Assembly: GCA_037968895.1 (NCBI GenBank)
Contig: JBBKWJ010000175.1
Coordinates: 1,166-65,165 of the forward strand
Source of the DNA: Acidimicrobiales bacterium
Lineage (GTDB): Bacteria; Actinomycetota; Acidimicrobiia; Acidimicrobiales; SZUA-35
Direction of reading: 5' to 3'
Length of the DNA stretch: 64,000 nucleotides
The position numbers and the translations under genes are program-made. The notes under the pieces are model-generated. The model did no database searches. It saw only the letters and a program-made list of their open reading frames with translations, and had not been told where the DNA came from. Positions 19,078 through 28,487 of this stretch are shown here, piece after piece. Each line of letters opens with the position of its first letter. The stretch's first letter is position 1.

Positions 19078-20244
19078 ATGCGAATTCTGCACACAAGTGA
19101 TTGGCACTTGGGCCGCTCCTTCGGCGATTTCCGACTACTCGACGACCAACGAGACTTTCTCCAGTGGCTCGTCGAGCTCTGCAAGGATCGCGAAGTCGAA
19201 TTGGTCGCAATCGCTGGTGACCTATTCGATCGCTCTGTCCCGCCCGCCGATGCGGTTGCCTTGCTTCGAGACACCCTTCGATCATTTCAGGCCGCTCACA
19301 TCGAAGTCGTCGCGATTGCGGGCAACCACGACAGCGGCGACCGGCTCGCGGCCTACGACGGCTTGACCGAAGCCTCGGGCTTGCTCATACGGGGCGGCTA
19401 CGAACGAGCGGCGCAGGTCGAAGTCCGGGACTTCAGCGATGGCCCGCTCGCGATTGCCGCCGTGCCGTTCCTCGACCCAGTCTTGGCCCCAGAGGGCTAC
19501 CTCGAACCAGACGAGTCCGTGGGTCGACTGCACCGGTATAGCCACGAAGGCGTGCTGCGTGCTTGTCTAGATCAGATCCGAGCATCGGTGGCGGAGCACC
19601 CTCGGTCGCTGGTCTTGGCTCACGCCTTCGTTGCTGGCGGAGCAGAGAGTACGAGTGAACGCGAACTCTCGATTGGGGCGGCGAGCATGGTCTCCGCGTC
19701 CGTCTTCGACGACTTCTCCTACTGCGCCCTCGGACACCTCCACCGTCCCCAGGTCGTCGATAAGCGACCTCATGTTCGCTACTCGGGATCGCCACTCGCC
19801 TACTCGTTTTCTGAGCGCGAAGACTCGAAAGAGGTGGTGTTGGTCGAACTCGATCCTGAGGGAAACGCCTCAATTGAGTCGATCAAGGTTCCTGGCGGCC
19901 GGCGAGCCCGTGTAATCACCGACCGGTTCGATCAAGTGATGCAGCATCCAGGCTTTGACGACGACCCGTTTGTCCGAATCGAGCTGCTCGACCAGACACG
20001 AATTATTGACGCCCATCGGCGACTCCGAGAGAAGTTTCCTTACCTCGCCGAGATCGCCTATATCGCTGAAGACACCAGCCCCACCTCAGCGGCTCCTCGC
20101 TCGGCGGTGCTTCGTGAGCTGTCCCCGCTTGCCCAGGTCCAGGCCTTCTGGAGCGCAAACGCAGCCGGCGAGTTGGAGCCAGATCAAGAGTCTTTAGTGG
20201 TCGACGTACTCGAAGAACTGCAGCGAGAAGAGGCGGCGCGATGA
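19078..20244 (+). CDS. sbcD: Exonuclease SbcCD subunit D
   Basis: HTSDWHLG, GDLFD, GNHD, LGHLH, YSGSPLAYSFSE. Confidence 0.95.
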   Translation: MRILHTSDWHLGRSFGDFRLLDDQRDFLQWLVELCKDREVELVAIAGDLFDRSVPPADAVALLRDTLRSFQAAHIEVVAIAGNHDSGDRLAAYDGLTEASGLLIRGGYERAAQVEVRDFSDGPLAIAAVPFLDPVLAPEGYLEPDESVGRLHRYSHEGVLRACLDQIRASVAEHPRSLVLAHAFVAGGAESTSERELSIGAASMVSASVFDDFSYCALGHLHRPQVVDKRPHVRYSGSPLAYSFSEREDSKEVVLVELDPEGNASIESIKVPGGRRARVITDRFDQVMQHPGFDDDPFVRIELLDQTRIIDAHRRLREKFPYLAEIAYIAEDTSPTSAAPRSAVLRELSPLAQVQAFWSANAAGELEPDQESLVVDVLEELQREEAAR

Positions 20245-23200
20245 AGCCGATCTGGCTGCGAATGCAGGCCTTCGGCCCATACGCGGGCACGGCGGAAGTC
20301 GACTTCCTTCGATTGAGCGAGGTTGGGCTCTTTGTCGTAAGCGGGCCGACAGGAGCAGGTAAAACATCGATTTTCGACGCGATGGCCTACGCCTTGTTTG
20401 GCGATCTGCCGGGTGAGAGGAGTGGTTTCAATGAGCTTCGATCGGATCACGCGGCCCTTGATCTGCTCTGCGAGGTCGAGTTCCATTTTGATGCCGCCGG
20501 CAAACGCTGGCGAGTACATCGTGTGCCGACTCAAGAACGGGCCAAGAAACGGGGGACCGGCACTGCGAAGGAGTTGGCAAAGGCATCACTTGATCGGTTT
20601 GAAAACGGTGAATGGCAGGCGGTGTCGTCGTCGGTTCGCGACGTAAGTGAGCGCTGCAGTGACCTGATTGGTCTCAACGCCGACCAGTTTCAGCGGGTTG
20701 TCCTTCTACCCCAAGGGCAGTTTCAGCAGGTGCTTAAAGCCAAGTCAGCAGAACGCCGTGAATTGCTACGCACCCTGTTCTCGTCGTCGCTTTATAGCAA
20801 GATCGAGCTGAGACTGAAGGAACGAGCCAGCGCCGCCGAATCCGTGCTTGACGACCTCGGTCGCCAACAGGGAAGCGACCATGAAGTCGCACGCACCGCT
20901 CTCTTCGACGCGGCCAAGGTCCTCGAGGCCGATGAGCCACAACTTGATCTCAGTTCGACGCTTGAAACGCTCGACTCGTTAGCTGCTGCCCTCTGCGACC
21001 CCGTCCTCAGCACCAAGCGCGAACTGCTCGTAGGCAGCGTGGCCGCAATGCATGCTGCTGCCACGGCGCGCGAGAAGGCCGAAGCGCAGGTTCGAGTACT
21101 AGAGCGGCTCGAGATGCTAGGGACTCGGCAAGCTTCCCTCGCGGGCCAAGCCGCCCAGCAGGCCGCGACCCGCCACCGGGTCGAGCAGGCAGAACGAGCA
21201 CGGCCATTGGCAAAGACCGCCGAGTCAGTCAACGCCCACGCGGCTCAGGCATCCGAAGCCCGAGATGTTGCACTGCGCCTTACCCGGCAGTTGGCTACGC
21301 AGGGCGAAGAAGCCGGTATCGCAACCGCCGGCGTGGTTGTCGGTGAAGTTCCTGCCCGCCAAGCCATAGCTGACGCTCGATCTCAAGCCGGAGTAGTGGC
21401 CGACGCGACGCGTCAAGCCACAGAGCGTTTGGTCAGTGCCAAGAAGGCGCAGGCTGACGCCTTGGCTGCTACCGCGGCATGCGCCGAAGAGTCCGACAAC
21501 CTAGCGTTGCTTGAGAAGCGCAGATCAGATCTCGATCAACAGCAAATCGAGCGTCGTGCTGCGGTCTCAGCCTTGGAGACCACGGCAGCCGGGACCGAGC
21601 AAAAGGTCGCCGATCACGTCGCCGCGACCGAGCGGCTCTCGCTCGCTCGCCGGCTTGGCGCTTTGGTATCGCTGGCGGCCGAGATCGAGGCCAATGCTGC
21701 AGCACAGGAGGCGATCCAAGAAACGATACTCGCACAGCTGGTCGCTCTTGAGCCAGCCATTGAAGCCATCAGAGAACGAGCCAACGCACTTGATGCGCGC
21801 ACACAAAGAGCGGTTCAACTCCGGTCGGTTCGTGAACGGCGAGACCGGTTGAGTGAGTCTCATCTCGCAGCGGCTGAGCTGAGCACCAAATCGCTGGCCG
21901 CAAGCGAACGGGCCACCGCAACTCTTCGTCGGTTTGAGCGAGCAGCGAGCCCTCGATTGGCGGAATCGCTGGTCGACGGCGAGCCATGCGTTGTGTGCGG
22001 CTCGCGTGAGCACCCAGCTCCCGCAACCGCAGACTCAGCCGATTCCGACAGGGCCGACCTGGCCGCCGTTGAGCAAACCAATGCGGCGGCGAGCGAACTT
22101 GTCCGCCAATTGGGCGAGGCCACGGCTACTGCCGAAGCGCTTATTGAGGCGCTTGGCGAGCACGTTTCGATTGAGATCGACGAACTAAATAGGCAGACCG
22201 GGGAAGCTGAGGCCAGCATCGCTGACGCCGAACTCGCGGTCAGACAGCTCGCTGAATCGCAGGCCGAGCAAGTTGACCTTCGGGCCCAATCGGAGCGCGT
22301 CAGTGCGCTAATTGTTGGAATCAACGACGAGCTCCGCACGGTGCAGTCTGAACGAGCTCATGTTGAAGGGGCGCTCGGCGCGGCGGCAAGTCTTCCAATC
22401 GAAGACCTCAGCGAACGAGTTGCTGCTGCCGACGCGCTCGTTGTCGAGGCCCGAGCGAGCGTGGAGCGCATCGACATCGTCAACGCCGAACTGCAGCAGG
22501 CCGATGTGGCCCTGGCCCAATGTGCGGCCGACATCGTCCAAACCCAACAGGCCCACGCGCGTCACGAGCAAACGAGAGAGATTGAAACAGCACGGGCCGA
22601 CGAGATTCTCGCCGGCATCGACGGAAGCCTCGACGACTACATTGCACGAGGCCTTCTTGTCGACGAGTTCCTCGGTGCCGTCGAACGACTCAGCGACGCT
22701 CAACTGGCGGTGGCTGAGCACGAAGCGAGACGCGAAGCGCTTTCTGTTGCGCTCAGCGAGCAGCTTGGTGAGTCCGACTTCGCTTCAATAGAAGTCGCGC
22801 TGGAATCAGTGCTCGAGCCTGCTCATCAGAAGCAACTACAGGCGTCGTTCGACGATTGGGAGACGAAGTCGGCCGAGGTGGCCGCCGCAATTAGAGAGGT
22901 CCGTCAGGGCGATCTGCCCGATGAGGCACCTAACGTTGAGGCACTGGTCGAGGCCGAAAAGGCCGCAGCCGCTCACGAGCAGAACGTGCGGGCCCAGGTA
23001 ACGGCAGCCGACTTGCACCTCACACAGGCAACTGAGCGGCTCGCTCGTATTCGGACCTTAGAAGCGGCGGTTGCCGAAACCCGCGCCTCGGCTCAGCGGG
23101 TCAAAGAACTCGCCGACGTATGCGCCGGAAATGGCCCAACACGACGCTCACTCGAGTCATGGGTCCTCGCGGCCCACCTTCGTGACGTCGTCGAACTGGC

Positions 23201-23636
23201 AAATAAACACCTCGCACCGATGAGCAGCGGTCGCTATGAGCTTGTGGTTGCCGACGCCCCAGACGACCGTCGCCGCGAGGCTGGCCTCGATCTCACTGTG
23301 CTCGATGCCCGAAGCGGAAAAGCCCGACCCGTTGCATCCTTGTCGGGTGGTGAGACGTTTCAGGCCTCACTCGCACTGGCACTCGGCCTGGCCGATGTGG
23401 TGTCTGCCAACAGGGGCGGGGTTCAGATCGACGCACTCTTTGTCGACGAAGGCTTCGGATCGCTCGACGCGGAAGCGCTAGATCACGCAATTGACGTACT
23501 CGATGGCCTCCGCAGCCGGGGTTCGCTCGTCGGCGTCATCACCCACGTCGAAGCGATGAAGCAGGCGCTCCAGGTTGGGATTGTCGTCGAACGAGACCCG
23601 ACTGGCAACGGATCACGCCTGACCCAGTTGGTGTAA
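20241..23636 (+). CDS. sbcC: Exonuclease SbcCD subunit C (SMC-like ATPase)
   Basis: GPTGAGKT, LLPQGQF, long coiled coil with CVVCGS zinc hook, LSGGE, FVDEGFGSLD, ITH. Confidence 0.95.
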   Translation: MKPIWLRMQAFGPYAGTAEVDFLRLSEVGLFVVSGPTGAGKTSIFDAMAYALFGDLPGERSGFNELRSDHAALDLLCEVEFHFDAAGKRWRVHRVPTQERAKKRGTGTAKELAKASLDRFENGEWQAVSSSVRDVSERCSDLIGLNADQFQRVVLLPQGQFQQVLKAKSAERRELLRTLFSSSLYSKIELRLKERASAAESVLDDLGRQQGSDHEVARTALFDAAKVLEADEPQLDLSSTLETLDSLAAALCDPVLSTKRELLVGSVAAMHAAATAREKAEAQVRVLERLEMLGTRQASLAGQAAQQAATRHRVEQAERARPLAKTAESVNAHAAQASEARDVALRLTRQLATQGEEAGIATAGVVVGEVPARQAIADARSQAGVVADATRQATERLVSAKKAQADALAATAACAEESDNLALLEKRRSDLDQQQIERRAAVSALETTAAGTEQKVADHVAATERLSLARRLGALVSLAAEIEANAAAQEAIQETILAQLVALEPAIEAIRERANALDARTQRAVQLRSVRERRDRLSESHLAAAELSTKSLAASERATATLRRFERAASPRLAESLVDGEPCVVCGSREHPAPATADSADSDRADLAAVEQTNAAASELVRQLGEATATAEALIEALGEHVSIEIDELNRQTGEAEASIADAELAVRQLAESQAEQVDLRAQSERVSALIVGINDELRTVQSERAHVEGALGAAASLPIEDLSERVAAADALVVEARASVERIDIVNAELQQADVALAQCAADIVQTQQAHARHEQTREIETARADEILAGIDGSLDDYIARGLLVDEFLGAVERLSDAQLAVAEHEARREALSVALSEQLGESDFASIEVALESVLEPAHQKQLQASFDDWETKSAEVAAAIREVRQGDLPDEAPNVEALVEAEKAAAAHEQNVRAQVTAADLHLTQATERLARIRTLEAAVAETRASAQRVKELADVCAGNGPTRRSLESWVLAAHLRDVVELANKHLAPMSSGRYELVVADAPDDRRREAGLDLTVLDARSGKARPVASLSGGETFQASLALALGLADVVSANRGGVQIDALFVDEGFGSLDAEALDHAIDVLDGLRSRGSLVGVITHVEAMKQALQVGIVVERDPTGNGSRLTQLV

Positions 23637-23669
23637 CGAGCGAGGTACGCGAATCGGCCAGCGCCATAA

Positions 23670-23698
23670 CTTGACAAATTGTTGAATTGTGGCACCAT
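23670..23698 (+). promoter_or_regulatory. Promoter of operon B with palindromic operator overlapping the -35
   Basis: TTGACA(23671-76)-N16-CACCAT(23693-98), 6 nt before GTG 23705; CTTGACAAATTGTTGAAT at 23670-23687. Confidence 0.6.
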
Positions 23699-23704
23699 GT
23701 ACCA

Positions 23705-24952
23705 GTGATCGGAACCCATTTACGCGTCAGTCGCGATCGACTTCTCGATCGTCTGGCCGAGCTCTCAGCCATTGGCGGCATCGAAGGAACAACGGGTTCA
23801 GCGAGGCTGGCCCTGACCGATGAAGACAAACTTGGTCGTGATCTCGTCGTGTCGTGGATGCACGACCTTGGGCTGACCGTCACTACCGACACGATCGGCA
23901 ACACCATCGGGATTAGAGCCGGCACCGACGACCTTCCAGTTGTTCTGACCGGAAGCCACATAGATACCGTCCGCACCGGTGGTCGCTACGACGGTAATCT
24001 CGGCGTGCTCGCCGGTCTTGAGGCGATTGAGACATTGGCTACCGCCGGGGTTGTGACAAAACACCCCATTGGCGTCGGATTCTTCACCAACGAAGAAGGG
24101 GCCCGCTTCGCACCAGACATGATGGGTTCGTTGGTGTACGTCGGCGGCATGCCGGTTGAAGAAGCACACGACACGATCGGCATTGACGGAGCCCGCGTCG
24201 GCGACGAACTCGATCGAATCGGATACCTGGGGTCGTCGCCTTGCCCCGGACTTACACCGCATGCGTTCGTCGAACTGCACATTGAACAGGGGCCAGTGCT
24301 CGAAGAGGCTGGAATCCAGATTGGCGTTGTCGAGGGCGTCCAAGGCATCTCGTGGACCGAAATCCTCATCACAGGACAATCGAACCATGCGGGTACGACA
24401 CCAATGCGGTTGCGCCACGACCCCGGCTATGCGGCGGCTCGCATCGCCACGTTTGTCCGAGAACTCGTCGATGAGATCGGCCACCCACAGGTCGGAACCG
24501 TTGGTGTCCTTAACCTCGCACCAAATTTGATCAATGTGGTGGCGGCGAGCGCCATCTTGACTGTCGACCTTCGCAATACGGATGAGGAAGTGCTGCAAGC
24601 GGTCGAGGCCAGGTTCGCGGCGTTCTGTGATGCCCTGGCTCAATCGGAGGGTGTCACGATTGAGCGACGCACTCTGGCCCGATTTTCGCCGGTAGTTTTT
24701 GACGATCGGCTGATCGACCTTATTCAGCAGTCAGCGACGACTGCCGGGCTCTCAACCAAACGACTTCCGTCAGGAGCCGGGCATGATGCACAGATGATGG
24801 CTCGAATCTGCCCGACAGGAATGATCTTCACACCGAGTGAAAATGGGCTAAGCCATAACCCTGCAGAACACACAGACGCCGCCGATCTGGAAGCAGGCGC
24901 AAACGTGCTGCTTGACGTATTGGTCACGTTGGCCACTGGAGAAATCGTATGA
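23705..24952 (+). CDS. M20 Zn-dependent amidohydrolase (allantoate amidohydrolase / N-carbamoyl-L-amino acid hydrolase / beta-ureidopropionase family)
   Basis: GSHIDTV, YDG, NEEG, ELHIEQG, HAGTTPM, SGAGHDAQ, SHNPAE. Confidence 0.92.
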   Translation: MIGTHLRVSRDRLLDRLAELSAIGGIEGTTGSARLALTDEDKLGRDLVVSWMHDLGLTVTTDTIGNTIGIRAGTDDLPVVLTGSHIDTVRTGGRYDGNLGVLAGLEAIETLATAGVVTKHPIGVGFFTNEEGARFAPDMMGSLVYVGGMPVEEAHDTIGIDGARVGDELDRIGYLGSSPCPGLTPHAFVELHIEQGPVLEEAGIQIGVVEGVQGISWTEILITGQSNHAGTTPMRLRHDPGYAAARIATFVRELVDEIGHPQVGTVGVLNLAPNLINVVAASAILTVDLRNTDEEVLQAVEARFAAFCDALAQSEGVTIERRTLARFSPVVFDDRLIDLIQQSATTAGLSTKRLPSGAGHDAQMMARICPTGMIFTPSENGLSHNPAEHTDAADLEAGANVLLDVLVTLATGEIV

Positions 24953-25911
24953 TTGCCGAGCGTTCGATAACCGTTGGCGCAGCCCAGATGGGCCCTATCC
25001 AACGAGAGCACACCAGGAAAGAGGTTGTCGAGCGACTCATCGCGTTGCTTCACGATGGAGCGAAGCGTGGCGTCGACCTCGTGGTCTATCCCGAGCTCGC
25101 ACTCACAACGTTCTTCCCCCGGTGGCACATTACCGATCAAGACGAAATTGACGCTTGGTACGAGACAGAGATGCCGGGGCCGGTCACCCAGCCACTATTC
25201 GACGAGGCGAAGCGTCTCGGGATCGGGTTTGCACTTGGCTACGCCGAGCTGCAAACCGATGACGACGGCACGGTGCATCACTACAACACGATGATGTTGG
25301 TCGATCGAGCTGGCGCGACTGTCGCCAAGTATCGCAAGGTCCATATTCCGGGCCACGACTCTCACGAACCCGATCGTCCTTTCCAGCACATGGAGCGTTT
25401 CTACTTTGAACCGGGGCCAGATGGCTTTGGAGCGTGGCGAGCGTTCGACGGCATCTTGGGGATGATGATCTGCAACGATCGCCGCTGGCCTGAGACCTAT
25501 CGCGAGATGGGTCTCCAAGGCGTCGAGATGATTCTCTGTGGCTTCAATACGCCGCTGTATTACGCCCCTGACCCTGGCCAGAATGTGTTGCAGGGCTTTC
25601 ACAACCACTTAGTCATGCAAGCTGGTGCATACCAGAACGGGACTTGGGTGATCGGTGTTGCCAAGGGCGGCGTCGAAGAGGGTGTCGAGTCGCTGTGCCA
25701 AACCGCAATCATTGCACCGTCTGGCCAAATCGTGGCTCAAGCGATCACCCAAGGTGATGAGCTTGTCGTCGCGTCGTGTGACCTTGACTGGTGCAACAAC
25801 TACAAGGACACGCTGTTCAACCTTGAGTATTACCGGATGCCCCAGTACTACACGAGAATTACCAGCCAACGCGGCGCAGTGCTGCCCGCAGAGAAAGTGG
25901 ACCAATCATGA
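24949..25911 (+). CDS. N-carbamoyl-D-amino acid amidohydrolase (D-carbamoylase, nitrilase superfamily)
   Basis: YPELALTTFFPRW (Glu), YRKVHIPGH (Lys), ICNDRRWPE (Cys), MQAGAYQNG. Confidence 0.88.
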   Translation: MIAERSITVGAAQMGPIQREHTRKEVVERLIALLHDGAKRGVDLVVYPELALTTFFPRWHITDQDEIDAWYETEMPGPVTQPLFDEAKRLGIGFALGYAELQTDDDGTVHHYNTMMLVDRAGATVAKYRKVHIPGHDSHEPDRPFQHMERFYFEPGPDGFGAWRAFDGILGMMICNDRRWPETYREMGLQGVEMILCGFNTPLYYAPDPGQNVLQGFHNHLVMQAGAYQNGTWVIGVAKGGVEEGVESLCQTAIIAPSGQIVAQAITQGDELVVASCDLDWCNNYKDTLFNLEYYRMPQYYTRITSQRGAVLPAEKVDQS

Positions 25912-28478
25912 CCATCGCATCGACGGGAACCGTCTCGCTCACAGTTAATGGTGAACAGGTCGAAGTCTCTGATCAGCATCCAAACCTTCTCTTTGCCTTG
26001 CGCGAGGAGCTGAAGCTCATCTCGCCAAAGGACGGCTGCTCGCCGTCAGGGCAGTGTGGTTGCTGCACCGTGCTTGTCGGCGGCAAGGCCATGGTGTCGT
26101 GCACCACCTCACTGGAGAAGGCCATCGGCAAAGAGGTCGTGACGCTCGAAGGCATGCCCGAAGACGAGGTCAATCGGTTCGCCGATGTTTTCGCTGCGTG
26201 TGGTGCCCTTCAGTGCGGCTTTTGCACGCCTGGCATCGTGGTCCGGGCCAAGTCGCTCATCGACAAGAAGGGTGCAGGGCTCAAGCGAGACGACGCGGCG
26301 CGCCACCTTGGCGCCCACCTCTGCCGCTGCACCGGCTACGTCAAAATCCTCGATGCCATTGAGCTGTTGGCTCAGGGAACGGCCGTCACGCTCACACGCA
26401 ATGGTGGTGTCGGGTCGTCTGGCGTTAAGTACGAGGGTCGTGAGCTGGCCATCGGCAAGCGTCCGTTCATCGACGACATGGACCTCGAGGGCATGCTCCA
26501 CGGCGCCCTTCATCTTTCCGAGCACGCCCGGGCAAACATCGTTGCGATCGACGCGTCGGCCGCCTTGGCTATCGAAGGCGTCGAAGCCGTCTACACCGGA
26601 GCTGACGTTCCCGGCGACCTAAGAACCGGCCTGATCCACAAGGACTGGCCCTGTTTCATTCCCGTCGGTGGCCGCACGAGCTATCGCGGCGACGTGCTTG
26701 CCATCGTGGTCGCTACTTCGAAGCAACTCGCCCGCGACGCGGCCGATCTCATCGAGATCACCTACGACGTTCTGACCCCAATTACCGATCCTGTTGCCGC
26801 GGTGAATGGAGCGGAAGATGCGGTCTGGCAACTCGATGGAAATGTGCTGTCGACCTCGGCCTACACAATCGGTACAGATGTGACAGAGGCACTCGACGGT
26901 TGCGCCCACGTGTCGCATGAGATCTTCGAGACTCAGCGAATTGAGCATGCGTTCGTTGAGCCAGAGTCGAGCCTCGCCGAACCACGAGAAGATGGCTCGA
27001 TCTATGTCTGGTCAGGGGGTCAGGGTATATGGGACGACCGTGACTCGATCGCTGCAATTCTTGCGCTTGATCCCTCAAAGGTCACGGTTGAGTTGGTGTC
27101 GAACGGCGGTGCCTTTGGCGGCAAAGAAGACATGTCGAACCAGGGCCAAACCGCCCTTGCGGCCCATCTGATTGGTCGCCCAGTAAAGACCACACTCACC
27201 CGCGAGCAGTCGTTTCGGATGCACGCCAAGCGCCACCCAATCAAGATCGAGAGCTGGGCCGGCTGCGACGAAAACGGTGTCATGCAGGCCCTGAAACTTC
27301 GCATGATCGGCGACTCGGGGCCATACGCCTCGGTCGGTATGAAAGTACTCGAACGAGCGGCCGGACACGGTTGCGGCCCATACGCAATTCCAAACATCGA
27401 CATCGAAGCCATCGCGGCTCGAACGAACAACCCGGTTTGTGGTGCGTTCCGCGGCTTCGGCGCCAATCAGGCGCAGTTCGCCATGGAGGGCCAGATGGAT
27501 CGGCTCGCCGAGAAGGCAGGAATCTCTGGCTGGGAGATTCGTAACCGCAACGTTATTAAGCCCGGCATGACCTGGGGCCCGGGTCAGATCATGGACAGCG
27601 GTGCCGGTGGAGCGCAGGAATGCCTCGACCAAGCGAAGCCGTTCATCGACGCAGCTGTCGCAGCAGGCAAGGCCGTTGGGCTTGGGCTTGGCCTCAAGAA
27701 TTCGGGGCTTGGTAACGGTTTCATAGAGATAGCGAAGGCCGTCATCCACTATCGCGAAGACGGCAAGGTCGAGGTGCGACATTGCTGGACCGAGATGGGC
27801 CAAGGTGTGCACACGGTGGCGATGCAAGTTGCCATTGAGGAGCTAGGCCTCGATCCAGACTGCATTGAAGTGATTGTCGATACTTCCCGTGAGCTGGGCC
27901 TTGGGCAAACGACAGGCTCCCGCGGCACGGTTATGGCCGCTGGTTCGGTGCAAGACGCCTGCCGGGTGGCGAAAGAAGGCGGCTGCCAGATCGGGGTCGA
28001 CTATGAAGGCGAGTACAGGGTCGATTGGACCACCAAGCTCGGTGACCCAAATGTCGTTAACCCTCTAATTCACTCGACGTTCTCCTACGCAGCCCAGATC
28101 GCTATTGCCGACAAGGAATCAGGCAAGATTGAGAAGGTCGTTGCGATCCACGACGTCGGCCGCGCCGTCAACCCACTGCTCGTGATCGGGCAGGTCGAAG
28201 GGTCAGTCCACATGGGCCTCGGCTATGCGCTAACTGAAGACTTCCCAACCGACGACGAAGGTCGGTTGCTCCACACCACACTTCGTTCGCTCGACATCAT
28301 TCGGCCAAAAGATGTTCCCGAGATTGAGGTTGTGCTTGTTGAAGTGCCACAACCAGACTCACCATACGGAATCAAGGGTGTCGGCGAGATCGGTCTAGTT
28401 CCGACAGCAGGTGCAGTGGCGTCTGCACTCCATAAGGTTGACGGTCGCTGGCGCAACAAGCTCCCCATGAAAGATTAG
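25908..28478 (+). CDS. Molybdenum hydroxylase with fused (2Fe-2S)+Mo domains, resembling the selenium-dependent xanthine dehydrogenase family
   Basis: N-terminal GCSPSGQCGCC, QCGFC, CRCTGY; IEHAFVEPE, GGAFGGKED, AFRGFG, LKNSGLG, TTGSR, KGVGE; 856 aa. Confidence 0.88.
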   Translation: MTIASTGTVSLTVNGEQVEVSDQHPNLLFALREELKLISPKDGCSPSGQCGCCTVLVGGKAMVSCTTSLEKAIGKEVVTLEGMPEDEVNRFADVFAACGALQCGFCTPGIVVRAKSLIDKKGAGLKRDDAARHLGAHLCRCTGYVKILDAIELLAQGTAVTLTRNGGVGSSGVKYEGRELAIGKRPFIDDMDLEGMLHGALHLSEHARANIVAIDASAALAIEGVEAVYTGADVPGDLRTGLIHKDWPCFIPVGGRTSYRGDVLAIVVATSKQLARDAADLIEITYDVLTPITDPVAAVNGAEDAVWQLDGNVLSTSAYTIGTDVTEALDGCAHVSHEIFETQRIEHAFVEPESSLAEPREDGSIYVWSGGQGIWDDRDSIAAILALDPSKVTVELVSNGGAFGGKEDMSNQGQTALAAHLIGRPVKTTLTREQSFRMHAKRHPIKIESWAGCDENGVMQALKLRMIGDSGPYASVGMKVLERAAGHGCGPYAIPNIDIEAIAARTNNPVCGAFRGFGANQAQFAMEGQMDRLAEKAGISGWEIRNRNVIKPGMTWGPGQIMDSGAGGAQECLDQAKPFIDAAVAAGKAVGLGLGLKNSGLGNGFIEIAKAVIHYREDGKVEVRHCWTEMGQGVHTVAMQVAIEELGLDPDCIEVIVDTSRELGLGQTTGSRGTVMAAGSVQDACRVAKEGGCQIGVDYEGEYRVDWTTKLGDPNVVNPLIHSTFSYAAQIAIADKESGKIEKVVAIHDVGRAVNPLLVIGQVEGSVHMGLGYALTEDFPTDDEGRLLHTTLRSLDIIRPKDVPEIEVVLVEVPQPDSPYGIKGVGEIGLVPTAGAVASALHKVDGRWRNKLPMKD

Positions 28479-28487
28479 TGTGCAACT

